DNA of 64,000 nucleotides from Eledone cirrhosa (Eukaryota), in contig OZ024744.1 of assembly GCA_964016885.1 (NCBI GenBank), positions 122,078,001 through 122,142,000 on the forward strand. The letters are read 5' to 3'. A program made the position numbers and the translations under genes. Position 1 is the first letter of the stretch. Each line of letters opens with the position of its first letter. Shown piece by piece: positions 1 through 14,400 of the stretch. The notes under the pieces are model-generated. The model was not told where the DNA came from. It saw only the letters and a program-made list of their open reading frames with translations, and did no database searches.

Positions 1-3000
1 TTCACAACATCCATCACTACCTCTATTCCTCTCACCCAGTCACTTTCATACTTCCTCAACACATGACCCAACCATCTCACACTATCTCTCTTCACAACAT
101 CCATTACTACCTCTATTCCTCTCACCCAGTCACTTTTATCCTTCCTCAACACATGACCCAACCATCTCACACTATCTCTCTTCACAACATCCATCACTAC
201 CTCTATTCCTCTCAACCGGTCACTTTTATCCTTCCTCAACACATGACCCAACCATCTCACACTATCTCTCTTCACAACATCCATCACTAACTCTATTCAC
301 TCACCCAGTCACTTTTATCCTTCCTCAACACATGACCCAACCATCTCACACTATCTCTCTACACAACATCCATCACTACCTCTATTCCTATCACCCAGTC
401 ACATTCATACTTCCTCAACACAGGACCCAACCATCTCACACTATCTCTCTTCACAACATCCATCACTACCTCTGTTCCTCTCACCCAGTCACATTCATAC
501 ATCCTCAACACATGACCCAACCATCTCACACTATCTCTCTTCACAACATCCATCACTACCTCTATTCCTCTCACCCAGTCACTTTCATACTTCCTCAACA
601 CATGACCCAACCATCCCACAGTATCTCTCTTCACAACATCCATCACTACCTCTGTTCCTCTCACCCAGTCACTTTTATCCTTCCTCAACACATGACCCAA
701 CCATCTCACACTATCTCTCTTTACAACATCCATCACTACCTCTATTCCTCTCACCCAGTCACTTTTATCCTTCCTCAACACATGATCCAACCATCTCACA
801 CTATCTCTCCTCACAACATCCATCACTACCTCTATTCCTCTCACCCAGTCACTTTTATCCTTCCTCAACACATGACCCAACCATCTCACACTATCTCTCT
901 TCACAACATCCATCACTACCTCCATTCCTCTCAGCCAGTCACATTCATACTTCCTCAACACATGACCCAACCATCTCACACTATCTCTCTTCACAACATC
1001 CATCACAACCTCTATTCCTCTCACACAGTCACTTTCATACTTCCTCAACACATGACCCAACCATCTCACATTATCTCTCTTCACAACATCCATCACAACC
1101 TCTATTCCTCTTACCCAGTCACTTTTATCCTTCCTGAACACATGAACCAACCATCTCACACTGTCTCTCTTCACAACATCCATCACTACCTCTATTCCTC
1201 TCACCCAGTCACTTCTATCCTTCCTCAACACATGACCCAACCATCTCACACGATCACTCTTCACAACATCCATCACTACCTCTATTCCTCTCACCCAGTC
1301 ACTTTCATACTTCCTCAACACATGACCCAACCATCTCACACTATCTCTCTTCACGACATTCATCACTACATCTATTCCTTTCACCCAGTCACTTTTATCC
1401 TTCCTTAACACATGACCCAACCATCTCACACTATCTCTCTTCACAACATCCATCACTACCTCTATTCCTCTCACCTAGTCACTTTCATACTTCTTCAACA
1501 CATGAGCCAACCATCTCACACTATCTCCCTTTACAACATCCATCACTACCTCTATTCCTCTCACCCAGTCACATTCATACTTCCTCAACACATGACCCAA
1601 CCATCTCACACTATCTCTATTCACAACATCCATCACGACCTCTATTCCTCTCACCCAGTCACTTTTATCCTTCCTCAACACATGATCCAACCATCTCACA
1701 CTATCTCTCTTCACAACATCCATCACTACCTCCATTTCTCTCAGCCAGTCACATTCATACTTCCTCAACACATGACCCAACCATCTCACACTATCTCTCT
1801 TCACAACATCCATCACTACCTCTGTTCCTCTTACCCAGTCAAGTTTATCCTTCCTCAACACATGACCCAACCACCTCACACTATCTCTCTTCACAACATC
1901 CATTACTACCTGTATTCCTCTCACCCATTCACTTTCATACTTCCTCAACACATGACCCAACCATCTCACACTATCTCACTTCACAACATCCATTACTACC
2001 TCTAATGCTCTCACCCAGTCAATTTTATCCTTCCTCAACACATGACCCAACCATCTCACACTATCTCTCTTCACAACATCCATCACTACCTCTATTCCTC
2101 TCACCCAGTCACATTCATACTTCCTCAAAACATGACCCAACCATCTCACACTGTCTCTCTTCACAACATCCATCACTACCTCTATTCCTCTCACCCAGTC
2201 ACTTTTATACTTCCTCAACACATGACCCAACCATCTCACACTATCTCTCTTCACAACATCCATCACTACCTCTATTCCTCTCATCCAGTCACTTTTATCC
2301 TTCCTCAACACATGACCAAACCATCTCACACTATCTCTCTTCACAACATCCATCACTACCTCTATTCCTCTCACCCTGTCACTTTTATCCTTCCTCAACA
2401 CATGACCCAACCATCTCACACTATCTCTGTTCACAACATCCATCACTACCTCTATTCCTTTCACCCAGTCACTTTTATCCTTCCTCAACACATGACCCAA
2501 CCATCTCACACGATCACCCTTCACAACATTCATCACTACCTCTATTCCTCTCACCCAGTCACTTTCATACTTCCTCAACACATGACCCAACCATCTCACA
2601 CTATCTCTCTTCACAACATCCATCACTACCTCTATTCCTCTCACCCAGTCACTTTTATACTTCCTCAACACATGACCCAACCATCTCACACTATCTCTCT
2701 TCCCACATCCATCACTACCTTTATTCCTCTCACACAGTCACTTTCATACTTCCTCAACACATGACCCAACCATCTCACACTATCTCTCTTCACAACATCC
2801 ATTACTACCTCTATTGCTCTCACCCAGTCACTTTTATCGTTCCTCAACACATGACCCAACCATCTCACGCTATCTCTCTTCACAACATCCATCACTACCT
2901 CTATTCCTCTCACCCAGTCACTTTCATACTTCCTCAACACATGACCCAACCATCTCACACTATCTCTCTTCACAACATCCATCACTACCTCCATTCCTCT

Positions 3001-3447
3001 CAGCCAGTCACATTCATACTTCTTCAACACATGACCCAACCATCTCACACTATCTCTCTTCACAACATCCATCACAACCTCTATTCCTCTTACCCAGTCA
3101 TTTTTATCCTTCCTGAACACATGAACCAACCATCTCACACTATCTCTCTTCACATCATCCATTACTACCTGTATTCCTCTCACCCAGTCACTTTCATACT
3201 TCCACAACACATGACCCAACCATCTCACACTATCTCACTTCACAACATCCATTACTACCCCTATTGCTCTCACCCAGTCACTTTTATCCTTCCTCAACAC
3301 ATGACCCAACCATCTCACACTATCTCTCTTCACAACATCCATCACTACCTCTATTCCTCTCACCCAGTCACATTCATACTTCCTCAACAGATGACCCAAC
3401 CATCTCACACTGTCTCTCTTCACAACATCCATCACTACCTCTATTCC

Positions 3448-3537
3448 TCTCACCCAGTCACTTTTATCCTTCCTCAACACATGACCCAACCATCTCACAC
3501 TATCTCTCTTCACAACATCCATCACTACCTCTATTCC
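3448..3537 (-). mobile_element. Representative monomer in inferred native phase; probable fragment of an RTE-type non-LTR retrotransposon ORF (post-RT 'RWxGHVxR' region). Applies to all monomers
   Basis: The minus strand translates to GIEVVMDVVKRDSVRWLGHVLRKDKSDWVR, resembling the RTE-type pattern as I recall it (LGI...V.R.RLRW[FY]GHV.RK...DWV). All 10 minus-strand stop triplets of the monomer lie in the other two frames. No database search was run. Confidence 0.65.
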
Positions 3538-4019
3538 TCTCACCCAGTCACTTTTATCCTTCTTCAACACATGACCCAACCATCTCACACGATCACTCTT
3601 CACAACATCCATCACTACCTCTATTCCTCTCACCCAGTCACTTTCATACTTCCTCAACACATGACCCAACCATCTCACACTATCTCTCTTCACAACATCC
3701 ATCACAACCTCTACTCCTCTTACCCAGTCATTTTTATCCTTCCTGAACACATGAACCAACCATCTCACACTATCTCTCTTCACATCATCCATTACTACCT
3801 GTATTCCTCTCACCCAGTCACTTTCAGACTTCCTCAACACATGACCCAACCATCTCACACTATCTCTCTTCACAACATCCATCACTACATCTATTCCTCT
3901 CACCCAGTCATTTTATCCTTCCTGAACACATGACCCAACCATCTCACACTATCTCTCTTCACAACATCCATCACTACCTCTATTCCTCTCACCCAGTCAC
4001 TTTTATCCTTCCTCAACAC

Positions 4020-5460
4020 ATGACCCAACCATCTCACACTATCTCTCTTCACAACATCCATCACTACCTCTATTCCTCTCACCCAGTCACTTTTATCCTT
4101 CTTCAACACATGACCCAACCATCTCACACGATCACTCTTCACAACATCCATCACTACCTCTATTCCTCTTACCCAGTCACTTTCATACTTCCTCAACACA
4201 TGACCCAACCATCTCACACTATCTCTCTTCACGACATCCATCACTACATCTATTCCTCTCACCCAGTCACTTTTATCCTTCCTCAACACATGACCCAACC
4301 ATCTCACACTATCTCTCTTTACAACATCCATCACTACCTCTATTCCTCTCACCCAGTCACTTTCATACTTCTTCAACACATGAGCCAACCGTCTCACACT
4401 ATCTCCCTTTACAACATCCATCACTACCTCTATTCCTCTCACCCAGTCACATTCATACTTCCTCAAGACATGACCCAACCATCTCACACTACCTCTCTTC
4501 ACAACATCCATCACGACCTCTATTCCTCTCACCCAGTCACTTTTATCCTTCCTCAACACATGACCCAACCATCTCACACTATCTCTCTTCACAACATCCA
4601 TCACTACCTCCATTCCTCTCAGCCAGTCACATTCATACTTCCTCAACACATGACCCAACCATCTCACACTATCTCTCTTCACAACATCCTATCACTACCT
4701 CTGTTCCTCTTACCCAGTCAAGTTTATCCTTCCTGAACACATGACCCAACCATCTCACACTATCTCTCTTCACAACATCCATCACTACCTCTATTCCTCT
4801 CACCCAGTCACTTTTATCCTTCTTCAACACATGACCCAACCATCTCACACGATCACTCTTCACAACATCCATCACTACCTCTATTCCTCTTACCCAGTCA
4901 CTTTCATACTTCCTCAACACATGACCCAACCATCTCACACTATCTCTCTTCACGACATCCATCACTACATCTATTCCTCTCACCCAGTCACTTTTATCCT
5001 TCCTCAACACATGACCCAACCATCTCACACTATCTCTCTTTACAACATCCATCACTACCTCTATTCCTCTCACCCAGTCACTTTCATACTTCTTCAACAC
5101 ATGAGCCAAGCGTCTCACACTATCTCCCTTTACAACATCCATCACTACCTCTATTCCTCTCACCCAGTCACATTCATACTTCCTCAAGACATGACCCAAC
5201 CATCTCACACTACCTCTCTTCACAACATCCATCACGACCTCTATTCCTCTCACCCAGTCACTTTTATCCTTCCTCAACACATGACCCAACCATCTCACAC
5301 TATCTCTCTTCACAACATCCATCACTACCTCCATTCCTCTCAGCCAGTCACATTCATACTTCCTCAACACATGACCCAACCATCTCACACTATCTCTCTT
5401 CACAACATCCATCACTACCTCTGTTCCTCTTACCCAGTCAAGTTTATCCTTCCTGAACAC
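4020..5460. repeat. Tandem duplication of 8 monomers (offset 721 bp)
   Basis: Variant markers gatcact at 4130/4851 and tgagcc at 4381/5102. The offset is 720+1 because of a 1-bp insertion near 4690. Confidence 0.8.
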
Positions 5461-5499
5461 ATGACCCAACCATCTCACACTATCTCTCTTCACAACATC

Positions 5500-8400
5500 C
5501 ATTACTACCTGTATTCCTCTCACCCAGTCACTTTCATACTTCCTCAACACATGACCCAACCATCTCACACTATCTCACTTCACAACATCCATTACTACCT
5601 CTATTCCTCTCACCCAGTCACTTTTATCCTTCCTCAACACATGACCCAACCATCTCACACTATCTCTCTTCACAACATCCATCACTACCTCTATTCCTCT
5701 CACCCAGTCACTTTTATCCTTCCTCAACACATGACCCAACCATCTCACACGATCACTCTTCACAACATCCATCACTACCTCTATTCCTCTCACCCAGTCA
5801 CTTTCATAATTCCTCAACACATGACCCAACCATCTCACACTATCTCTCTTCACGACATTCATCACTACATCTATTCCTCTCACACAGTCACTTTTATCCT
5901 TCCTCAACACATGACCCAACCATCTCACACTATCTCTCTTCACAACATCCATCACTACCTCTATTCCTCTCACCAAGCAACTTTCATACTTCTTCAACAC
6001 ATGAGCCAACCATCTCACACTATCTCCCTTTACAACATCCATCACTACCTCTATTCCTCTCACCCAGTCACTTTTATCCTTCCTCAACACATGACCCAAC
6101 CATCTCAAACTATCTCTCTTCACAACATCCATCACTACCTCTATTCCTCTCACCCAGTCACTTTTATCCTTCCTCAACACATGACCCAACCATCTCACAC
6201 TATCTCTCTTCACAACATCCATCACTAACTCTATTCCTCTCACCCAGTCACTTTTATCCTTCCTCAACACATGACCCAACCATCTCACACTATCTCTCTT
6301 CACAACATCCATCACTACCTCTATTCCTCTCACCCAGTCACTTTCATACTTCCTCAACACATGACCCAACCATCTCACACTATCTCACTTCACAACATCC
6401 ATTACTACCTCTAGTGCTCTCACCCAGTCAATTTTATCCTTCCTCAACACATGACCCAACCATCTCACACTATCTCTCTTCACAACATCCATCACTACCT
6501 CTATTCCTCTCACCCAGTCACTTTTATCCTTCCTCAACACATGACCCAACCATCTCACACTATCTCTCTTCACAACATCCATCACTACCTCTATTCCTCT
6601 CACCCAGTCACTTTTATCCTTCCTTAACACATGACCCAACCATCTCACACTATCTCTCTTCACAACATCCATCACTACCTCTATTCCTCTCACCCAGTCA
6701 CATTCATACTTCCTCAACACATGACCAAACCATCTCACACTATCTCTCTTCACAACATCCATCACTACCTCTATTCCTCCCACCCAGTCACTTTTATCCT
6801 TCCTCAACATATGACCCAATCATCTCACACTATCTCTATTCACAACATCCATCACGACCTCTATTCCTCTCACCCAGTCACTTTTATCCTTCCTCAACAC
6901 ATGACCCAACCATCTCACACTATCTCTCTTCACAACATCCATCACTACCTCTATTCCTCTTACCCAGTCATTTTTATCCTTCCTGAACACATGAACCAAC
7001 CATCTCACACTATCTCTCTTCACATCATCCATTACTACCTGTATTCCTCTCACCCAGTCACTTTCATACTTCCTCAACACATGACCCAACCATCTCACAC
7101 TATCTCTCTTCACAACATCCATCACTACATCTATTCCTCTCACCCAGTCATTTTATCCTTCCTGAACACATGACCCAACCATCTCACACTATCTCTCTTC
7201 ACAACATCCATCACTACCTCTATTCCTCTCACCCAGTCACTTTTATCCTTCCTCAACACATGACCCAACCATCTCACACTATCTCTCTTCACAACATCCA
7301 TCACTACCTCTATTCCTCTCACCCAGTCACTTTTATCCTTCTTCAACACATGACCCAACCATCTCACACGATCACTCTTCACAACATCCATCACTACCTC
7401 TATTCCTCTTACCCAGTCACTTTCATACTTCCTCAACACATGACACAACCATCTCACACTATCTCTCTTCACGACATCCATCACTACATCTATTCCTCTC
7501 ACCCAGTCACTTTTATCCTTCCTCAACACATGACCCAACCATCTCACACTATCTCTCTTTACAACATCCATCACTACCTCTATTCCTCTCACCCAGTCAC
7601 ATTCATACTTCCTCAAGACATGACCCAACCATCTCACACTACCTCTCTTCACAACATCCATCACGACCTCTATTCCTCTCACCCAGTCACTTTTATCCTT
7701 CCTCAACACATGACCCAACCATCTCACACTATCTCTCTTCACAACATCCATCACTACCTCCATTCCTCTCAGCCAGTCACATTCATACTTCCTCAAAACA
7801 TGACCCAACCATCTCACACTGTCTCTCTTCACAACATCCATCACTACCTCTATTCCTCTCACCCAGTCACTTTTATCCTTCCTCAACACATGACCCAACC
7901 ATCTCACACTATCTCTCTTCACAACATCCATCACTACCTCTATTCCTCTCACCCAGTCACATTCATACTTCCTCAACACATGACCCAACCATCTCACACT
8001 ATCTCTCTTCACAACATCCATCACTACCTCTATTCCTCTCACCCAGTCACTTTTATCCTTCCTCAACATATGACCCAATCATCTCACACTATCTCTATTC
8101 ACAACATCCATCACGACCTCTATTCCTCTCACCCAGTCACTTTTATCCTTCTTCAACACATGACCCAACCATCTCACACGATCACTCTTCACAACATCCA
8201 TCACTACCTCTATTCCTCTCACCCAGTCACTTTCATACTTCCTCAACACATGACCCAACCATCTCACACTATCTCTCTTCACAACATCCATCACAACCTC
8301 TATTCCTCTTACCCAGTCATTTTTATCCTTCCTGAACACATGAACCAACCATCTCACACTATCTCTCTTCACATCATCCATTACTACCTGTATTCCTCTC

Positions 8401-11400
8401 ACCCAGTCACTTTCATACTTCCTCAACACATGACCCAACCATCTCACACTATCTCTCTTCACAACATCCATCACTACATCTATTCCTCTCACCCAGTCAT
8501 TTTATCCTTCCTGAACACATGACCCAACCATCTCACACTATCTCTCTTCACAACATCCATCACTACCTCTATTCCTCTCACCCAGTCACTTTTATCCTTC
8601 CTCAACACATGACCCAACCATCTCACACTATCTCTCTTCACAACATCCATCACTACCTCTATTCCTCTCACCCAGTCACTTTTATCCTTCTTCAACACAT
8701 GACCCAACCATCTCACACGATCACTCTTCACAACATCCATCACTACCTCTATTCCTCTTACCCAGTCACTTTCATACTTCCTCAACACATGACCCAACCA
8801 TCTCACACTATCTCTCTTCACGACATCCATCACTACATCTATTCCTCTCACCCAGTCACTTTTATCCTTCCTCAACACATGACCCAACCATCTCACACTA
8901 TCTCTCTTTACAACATCCATCACTACCTCTATTCCTCTCACCCAGTCACATTCATACTTCCTCAAGACATGACCCAACCATCTCACACTACCTCTCTTCA
9001 CAACATCCATCACGACCTCTATTCCTCTCACCCAGTCACTTTTATCCTTCCTCAACACATGACCCAACCATCTCACACTATCTCTCTTCACAACATCCAT
9101 CACTACCTCCATTCCTCTCAGCCAGTCACATTCATACTTCCTCAAAACATCACCCAACCATCTCACACTGTCTCTCTTCACAACATCCATCACTACCTCT
9201 ATTCCTCTAACCCAGTCACTTTTATACTTCCCCAACACATGACCCAACCATCTCACACTATCTCTCTTCCCACATCCATCACTACCTTTATTCCTCTCAC
9301 ACAGTCACTTTCATACTTCCTCAACACATGACCCAACCATCTCACACTATCTCTCTTCACAACATCCATTACTACCTCTATTGCTCTCACCCAGTCACTT
9401 TTATCCTTCCTCAACACATAACCCAACCATCTCACGCTATCTCTCTTCACAACATCCATCACTACCTCTATTCCTCTCACCCAGTCACTTTCATACTTCC
9501 TCAACACATGACCCAACCATCTCACACTATCTCTCTTCACAACATCCATCACTACCTCTGTTCCTCTCACCCAGTCACTTTTATCCTTCCTCAACACATG
9601 ACCCAACCATCTCACACTATCTCTCTTTACAACATCCATCACTACCTTTATTCCTCTCACCCAGTCACTTTTATCCTTCCTCAACACATGATCCAACCAT
9701 CTCACACTATCTCTCCTCACAACATCCATCACTACCTCTATTCCTCTCACCCAGTCACTTTCATACTTCCTCAACACATGACCCAACCATCTCACACTAT
9801 CTCACTTCACAACATCCATTACTACCTCTATTCCTCTCACCCAGTCACTTTTATCCTTCCTCAACACATGACCCAACCATCTCACACTCTCTCTCTTCAC
9901 AACATCCATCACTACCTCTATTCCTCTCACCCAGTCACTTTTATCCTTCCTCAACACATGACCCAACCATCTCACACGATCACTCTTCACAACATCCATC
10001 ACTACCTCTATTCCTCTCACCCAGTCACTTTCATAATTCCTCAACACATGACCCAACCATCTCACACTATCTCTCTTCACGACATTCATCACTACATCTA
10101 TTCCTCTCACACAGTCACTTTTATCCTTCCTCAACACATGACCCAACCATCTCACACTATCTCTCTTCACAACATCCATCACTACCTCTATTCCTCTCAC
10201 CCAGCAACTTTCATACTTCTTCAACACATGAGCCAACCATCTCACACTATCTCCCTTTACAACATCCATCACTACCTCTATTCCTCTCACCCAGTCACAT
10301 TCATACTTCCTCAACACATGACCCAACCATCTCACACTATCTCTCTTCACAACATCCATCACTACCTCTATTCCTCTCACCCAGTCACTTTTATCCTTCC
10401 TCAACATATGACCCAATCATCTCCCACTATCTCTATTCACAACATCCATCACGACCTCTATTCCTCTCACCCAGTCACTTTTATCCTTCCTCAACACATG
10501 ACCCAACCATCTCAAACTATCTCTCTTCACAACATCCATCACTACCTTTATTCCTCTCACCCAGTCACTTTTATCCTTCCTCAACACATGACCCAACCAT
10601 CTCACACTATCTCTCTTCACAACATCCATCACTAACTCTATTCCTCTCACCCAGTCACTTTTATCCTTCCTCAACACATGACCCAACCATCTCACACTAT
10701 CTCTCTTCACAACATCCATCACTACCTCTATTCCTCTCACCCAGTCACTTTCATACTTCCTCAACACATGACCCAACCATCTCACACTATCTCACTTCAC
10801 AACATCCATTACTACCTCTAGTGCTCTCACCCAGTCAATTTTATCCTTCCTCAACACATGACCCAACCATCTCACACTATCTCTCTTCACAACATCCATC
10901 ACTACCTCTATTCCTCTCACCCAGTCACTTTTATCCTTCCTCAACACATGACCCAACCATCTCACACTATCTCTCTTCACAACATCCATCACTACCTCTA
11001 TTCCTCTCACCCAGTCACTTTTATCCTTCCTCAACACATGACCCAACCATCTCACACTATCTCTCTTCACAACATCCATCACTACCTCTATTCCTCTCAC
11101 CCAGTCACATTCATACTTCCTCAACACATGACCCAACCATCTCACACTATCTCTCTTCACAACATCCATCACTACCTCTATTCCTCCCACCCAGTCACTT
11201 TTATCCTTCCTCAACATATGACCCAATCATCTCACACTATCTCTATTCACAACATCCATCACGACCTCTATTCCTCTCACCCAGTCACTTTTATCCTTCC
11301 TCAACACATGACCCAACCATCTCACACTATCTCTCTTCACAACATCCATCACTACCTCTATTCCTCTTACCCAGTCATTTTTATCCTTCCTGAACACATG

Positions 11401-14400
11401 AACCAACCATCTCACACTATCTCTCTTCACATCATCCATTACTACCTGTATTCCTCTCACCCAGTCACTTTCATACTTCCTCAACACATGACCCAACCAT
11501 CTCACACTATCTCTCTTCACAACATCCATCACTACATCTATTCCTCTCACCCAGTCATTTTATCCTTCCTGAACACATGACCCAACCATCTCACACTATC
11601 TCTCTTCACAACATCCATCACTACCTCTATTCCTCTCACCCAGTCACTTTTATCCTTCCTCAACACATGACCCAACCATCTCACACTATCTCTCTTCACA
11701 ACATCCATCACTACCTCTATTCCTCTCACCCAGTCACTTTTATCCTTCTTCAACACATGACCCAACCATCTCACACGATCACTCTTCACAACATCCATCA
11801 CTACCTCTATTCCTCTTACCCAGTCACTTTCATACTTCCTCAACACATGACCCAACCATCTCACACTATCTCTCTTCACGACATCCATCACTACATCTAT
11901 TCCTCTCACCCAGTCACTTTTATCCTTCCTCAACACATGACCCAACCATCTCACACTATCTCTCTTTACAACATCCATCACTACCTCTATTCCTCTCACC
12001 CAGTCACATTCATACTTCCTCAAGACATGACCCAACCATCTCACACTACCTCTCTTCACAACATCCATCACGACCTCTATTCCTCTCACCCAGTCACTTT
12101 TATCCTTCCTCAACACATGACCCAACCATCTCACACTATCTCTCTTCACAACATCCATCACTACCTCCATTCCTCTCAGCCAGTCACATTCATACTTCCT
12201 CAAAACATGACCCAACCATCTCACACTGTCTCTCTTCACAACATCCATCACTACCTCTATTCCTCTCACCCAGTCACTTTTATCCTTCCTCAACACATGA
12301 CCCAACCATCTCACACTATCTCTCTTCACAACATCCATCACTACCTCTATTCCTCTCACCCAGTCACATTCATACTTCCTCAACACATGACCCAACCATC
12401 TCACACTATCTCTCTTCACAACATCCATCACTACCTCTATTCCTCTCACCCAGTCACTTTTATCCTTCCTCAACATATGACCCAATCATCTCACACTATC
12501 TCTATTCACAACATCCATCACGACCTCTATTCCTCTCACCCAGTCACTTTTATCCTTCCTCAACACATGACCCAACCATCTCACACTATCTCTCTTCACA
12601 ACATCCATCACTACCTCCATTCCTCTCAGCCAGTCACATTCATACTTCCTCAAAACATGACCCAACCATCTCACACTGTCTCTCTTCACAACATCCATCA
12701 CTACCTCTATTCCTCTCACCCAGTCACTTTTATCCTTCCTCAACACATGACCCAACCATCTCACACTATCTCTCTTCACAACATCCATCACTACCTCTAT
12801 TCCTCTCACCCAGTCACATTCATACTTCCTCAACACATGACCCAACCATCTCACACTATCTCTCTTCACAACATCCATCACTACCTCTATTCCTCTCACC
12901 CAGTCACTTTTATCCTTCCTCAACATATGACCCAATCATCTCACACTATCTCTATTCACAACATCCATCACGACCTCTATTCCTCTCACCCAGTCACTTT
13001 TATCCTTCTTCAACACATGACCCAACCATCTCACACGATCACTCTTCACAACATCCATCACTACCTCTATTCCTCTCACCCAGTCACTTTCATACTTCCT
13101 CAACACATGACCCAACCATCTCACACTATCTCTCTTCACAACATCCATCACAACCTCTATTCCTCTTACCCAGTCATTTTTATCCTTCCTGAACACATGA
13201 ACCAACCATCTCACACTATCTCTCTTCACATCATCCATTACTACCTGTATTCCTCTCACCCAGTCACTTTCATACTTCCTCAACACATGACCCAACCATC
13301 TCACACTATCTCTCTTCACAACATCCATCACTACATCTATTCCTCTCACCCAGTCATTTTATCCTTCCTGAACACATGACCCAACCATCTCACACTATCT
13401 CTCTTCACAACATCCATCACTACCTCTATTCCTCTCACCCAGTCACTTTTATCCTTCCTCAACACATGACCAAACCATCTCACACTATCTCTCTTCACAA
13501 CATCCATCACTACCTCTATTCCTCTCACCCAGTCACTTTTATCCTTCTTCAACACATGACCCAACCATCTCACACGATCACTCTTCACAACATCCATCAC
13601 TACCTCTATTCCTCTTACCCAGTCACTTTCATACTTCCTCAACACATGACCCAACCATCTCACACTATCTCTCTTCACGACATCCATCACTACATCTATT
13701 CCTCTCACCCAGTCACTTTTATCCTTCCTCAACACATGACCCAACCATCTCACACTATCTCTCTTTACAACATCCATCACTACCTCTATTCCTCTCACCC
13801 AGTCACATTCATACTTCCTCAAGACATGACCCAACCATCTCACACTACCTCTCTTCACAACATCCATCACGACCTCTATTCCTCTCACCCAGTCACTTTT
13901 ATCCTTCCTCAACACATGACCCAACCATCTCACACTATCTCTCTTCACAACATCCATCACTACCTCCATTCCTCTCAGCCAGTCACATTCATACTTCCTC
14001 AAAACATCACCCAACCATCTCACACTGTCTCTCTTCACAACATCCATCACTACCTCTATTCCTCTAACCCAGTCACTTTTATACTTCCTCAACACATGAC
14101 CCAACCATCTCACACTATCTCTCTTCCCACATCCATCACTACCTTTATTCCTCTCACACAGTCACTTTCATACTTCCTCAACACATGACCCAACCATCTC
14201 ACACTATCTCTCTTCACAACATCCATTACTACCTCTATTGCTCTCACCCAGTCACTTTTATCCTTCCTCAACACATAACCCAACCATCTCACGCTATCTC
14301 TCTTCACAACATCCATCACTACCTCTATTCCTCTCACCCAGTCACTTTCATACTTCCTCAACACATGACCCAACCATCTCACACTATCTCTCTTCACAAC

